From: Antedon mediterranea
Taxonomy: Eukaryota; Animalia; Echinodermata
NCBI RefSeq assembly: GCF_964355755.1
Contig: NC_092679.1
Coordinates: 18,769,432-18,833,431, forward strand
Reading direction: 5' to 3'
DNA: 64,000 bases
Part shown: one piece after another, positions 60,840 to 64,000 of the stretch
Position numbering within the stretch: the stretch's first letter is position 1
How the letters are laid out: each line of letters opens with the position of its first letter
Position numbers and translations under genes: made by a program
Notes under the pieces: model-generated
Database searches by the model: none
The model's input: only the letters and a program-made list of their open reading frames with translations
Told to the model about the DNA's origin: nothing

Positions 60840-62262
60840 AATCAGTGATTCCTGATAAAAGGACTATAAATAATATCAGGAAACAGTTTATTATTATTAT
60901 AAATTTACAAATAAATTTATTCATCATTTTGTATTATCATGTTATCATGTATTATCTTCAAAGACCCACGTCAGATCAATGCATTGTTGTTGTACTTACA
61001 CTTTGGACTCTTTGGATGACTCCATTTATTTACATATATTATTATTGGTGTATAATTGAATACATCAGATCGACTTCACTCATTTCTGTTCGCCGATGCA
61101 TCTAGGTTGGATTCTATCTCTAGTTAAGTTGGGTATAATATTATTGATTTTTCTACCTGCAACTGGGTTTAATGTGTGAATTTGTGGACGTGTACTGATT
61201 CACGATTCTTAGCTATGTACAAGAAGAACAAACAAAGACAGGTACTGTAACTATGTATAATACTTATTAACTTGCATTTTTAATTTTAAAAATGTTTTTT
61301 TTATGTGATTACAGTTTTTAACAATTTAAATTTTTATATAAAAAAAAAGTGAATGTATATTCAAGAACGCTTGTTGGTTTTTTTAATATTTTGATGATGA
61401 AATTCTTTGAATTTCAGAATCACAAAGTAAAATGGACTAATACTGTAGTAACAATACATTACTGTACATCTTAAAAAATTATTTATGAAGATCTGTAAAT
61501 AATTTATGTTAAAAAATGTTTTTTTCAATCAATGTATAAACAATTATTTAATAATATTACTTATTTAGTCAATGATTTTTTTTACTAAAATAAAATTTAG
61601 ATCAGTTACTGTTGTGAATGTGTTTCTGTATCATTTACAGTATTTAGAAGTTTTCTCAATTGCTACAGCTGACACTCTGATACAATTAGCTTGATTTGTA
61701 TGGTAGCAGTTTTCTTTAATAAATCAACTTTTGGTTTAAATTTTTTTCTTTACTTTATTGTGCTCTTCTTGGTTTCAACAAATTTATCTATATCTATTTC
61801 ATGTACTGTAATCATATACCTGAATGGTATCGTTGTTATTATCAATTTTGCATTATCTTCATGGCCATCATTATCACAATATCAACATACTGCACTATTA
61901 AACCATCTTTGTCTTGTAAATGTCAGCTCACATTTTTCCCACCGAGTTTGATTTGTTCCTTTCCCAATTAAACAGAAATTATACGATTTTTGTATAATAT
62001 AGTATTACGTTTCCTTAAAAAACAATGTTCTTTTTGATGTACAGTTTAAAATTGTTGACAAATTGTTCTAGTGTATTTATACTATTATGCACATCTTTTT
62101 CATATTCAGGAAAGTGATTGGGACAACCTAGGTTAGGTCAATCAATGAGTCGTCGGTCTGTGTCCCGGTTGGGAGTGAGGAAGCATGTCCCAAATTTTAC
62201 ATGACCTAGTTAGGTTGTCGTTCGTTGCAAATCGAAAGCTTCCTTTTGAATTCAGGTGGTTA

Positions 62263-62417
62263 AGTTTTGTCTACATTATCAAACTAGTTTGACAAAAAAA
62301 GTGTGATGTGCCCAAATATGGTAGTGATATGCCCAAATATGGTAGTGATATGACATCATCAGATGTCCATATATGGGCACTTCACATTTTGTTGTCGCGT
62401 AAAGTTTGATAGTGATG
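62263..62417. mobile_element. MITE family A copy
   Basis: TGTCTACATTATCAAACTAG...AAAGTTTGATAGTG. Confidence 0.75.
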
Positions 62418-63692
62418 AGAACTGAGAACCTTTATTGTCTCTACTTCATAAAGTATGCATATAGGTATTCGGCCACGTTTTTTTAAAACTCTTATGAATA
62501 CTTTTGAAAATAAATTTGATTGATATTTAAATTTTTTGGGGGTAAGATTATGACCATTTCATGAATTGAATCTGTATTGCAACACAATAAAAATATTCTG
62601 TAGTAATAATATTTCTATGGCTACACAACTCTCTTGTTTTGATTTTTCACAATAGATCTATAGTAAAAAGAATATACGGTAATAAACAATGATATTTAAA
62701 AGCTAGTAACACATTTTACGCTCATTCATAAATTTATTGAATACATTGAATGTAAAATGAAACTAGGTATGGATGATTAGATAGGATTAGGTGAAAAATG
62801 TCTATCTGACGTCATTTTAAAATTTGAATACAATCCATTTTCTTTCAATTTGGTAAAAAATCACATATACTACAGTAATTCTAAGAATTTCAGTTTATGA
62901 AAATTACTGTAGGCCTATGCTCTTCCAGAAATTTAATTGTATTGGTTATACTCCATGATAATAAAAATGTAAATAAAATATTAAAATACTGTAATTTATT
63001 TTCAGGACGTCATCTTGTATATTATTTTCTATTTGCTATAAAAATATTTTAATTCTAATGCATATAAACAGACCATAATGTTACTATTAAATAACCGGGT
63101 TAAAACAAAGTATACAGTATGTATTTTTATATAGTTTCCACTAGAGACAAATTGGTTACCAGTTACCACAGTCCATTACAATATCTTTCTGAATAAATAC
63201 GGAACATTCATTTAAAATGTAGGTCTGATAGAAATAGTTCATAAACATGTTGAGGCTTCAGGTCCTATTGCTGTAGGTCATGGAAGCTCTAGTTCTAGAG
63301 AGGCAGGAAGGACTAAATCAATAGTCCTAACGAAACCACTCAGACCTGTTAGATAATATCTTCATACTCGATTTAATTGGCATCATACATCTGACTATGA
63401 TTAATTGATTTTTTGTTTTGTTTTCTGAATGGTTCTAAGACTAATTGAAGGTCAGATGATAAAGAGGTCATCTTTTTATGTAATTTTAATGTAATGAATT
63501 TTTATATTTTGTTTCTCTCCTTATAGTTGTAATACAGCATTATATAGCTAAACTATTATAACATATTGTTTATTACAAAGTGAGCCAAAAGATAATAAAA
63601 AATCATATTTATTATTCATATTCACTGCCCTCCCAATATGCCTATATTTTTAACAGACAGCACTCTTATATTTGTGTTTTTTCTTTCTTCAG

Positions 63693-63807
63693 ATGGCTAC
63701 AGCCATGCATCGGTATCATCTTCAGCCGACATCAACAGATGACAGCATAGCTTCAAATTTTACTAACCCAATGAGGATGACAAGCACATCATCTTCTCTC
63801 AATCGGC
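63693..63807 (+). CDS. coding exon of an unidentified gene continuing beyond the window
   Basis: strong polypyrimidine TTCTTTCTTCAG|ATG and C|GTAAGT donor; MATAMHRYHLQPTSTDDSIASNFTNPMRMTSTSSSLNR. Confidence 0.65.
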
Positions 63808-63837
63808 GTAAGTGATGAATAATCTTTATAATTGTAA

Positions 63838-64000
63838 AGATTTGTCTACAGTACATTATCAAACAAGTTTGACAAAAAATGTGTGATGTGCCCAAGTATG
63901 GTAGTGAAATGCTTAAATACAGTATGGTGGTAGTGATATGACGTCATCATCATGTCCATACAGTATATGGGCACATCACATTTTTTTGTCACATAAAGTA
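63838..64000. mobile_element. MITE family A copy (runs off window end)
   Basis: same internal sequence as other copies, with three CAGTA insertions. Confidence 0.8.

Overview
AT-rich, intron-rich animal genomic DNA, probably a marine invertebrate deuterostome (inferred from Deu/Nin-domain SINEs and gene types). It is not prokaryotic and has no CRISPR array. Two complete spliced genes can be built by hand on the minus strand: a 9-exon betaine-homocysteine S-methyltransferase-family gene (4430-12048, ~372 aa) and an 8-coding-exon TRAF3-like gene (22492-39584, ~574 aa). Also present are a tRNA-Ser(GCT) gene, a 2-exon orphan coiled-coil ORF (52476-53634, minus) and the start of an unidentified plus-strand gene (coding exon 63693-63807). 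The rest is mostly mobile DNA: Harbinger-like MITEs, Tc1/mariner-, IS3EU-, Academ-, P- and Helitron-like non-autonomous elements, CR1/L2-group LINE fragments, tRNA- and 5S-derived SINEs, a Penelope-type hammerhead remnant and minisatellites. The most notable observations are apparent transposon excision scars (TA->TACWGTA, TAGGCCTA, 32-bp P-like footprints), a kappaB-site minisatellite in a TRAF3 intron, a His->Cys RING variant, a triplicated Helitron 3' end and a 5S+tRNA+Deu composite SINE. No wholly new multi-gene system is supported. Family assignments rest on recalled motifs and termini, not database searches.
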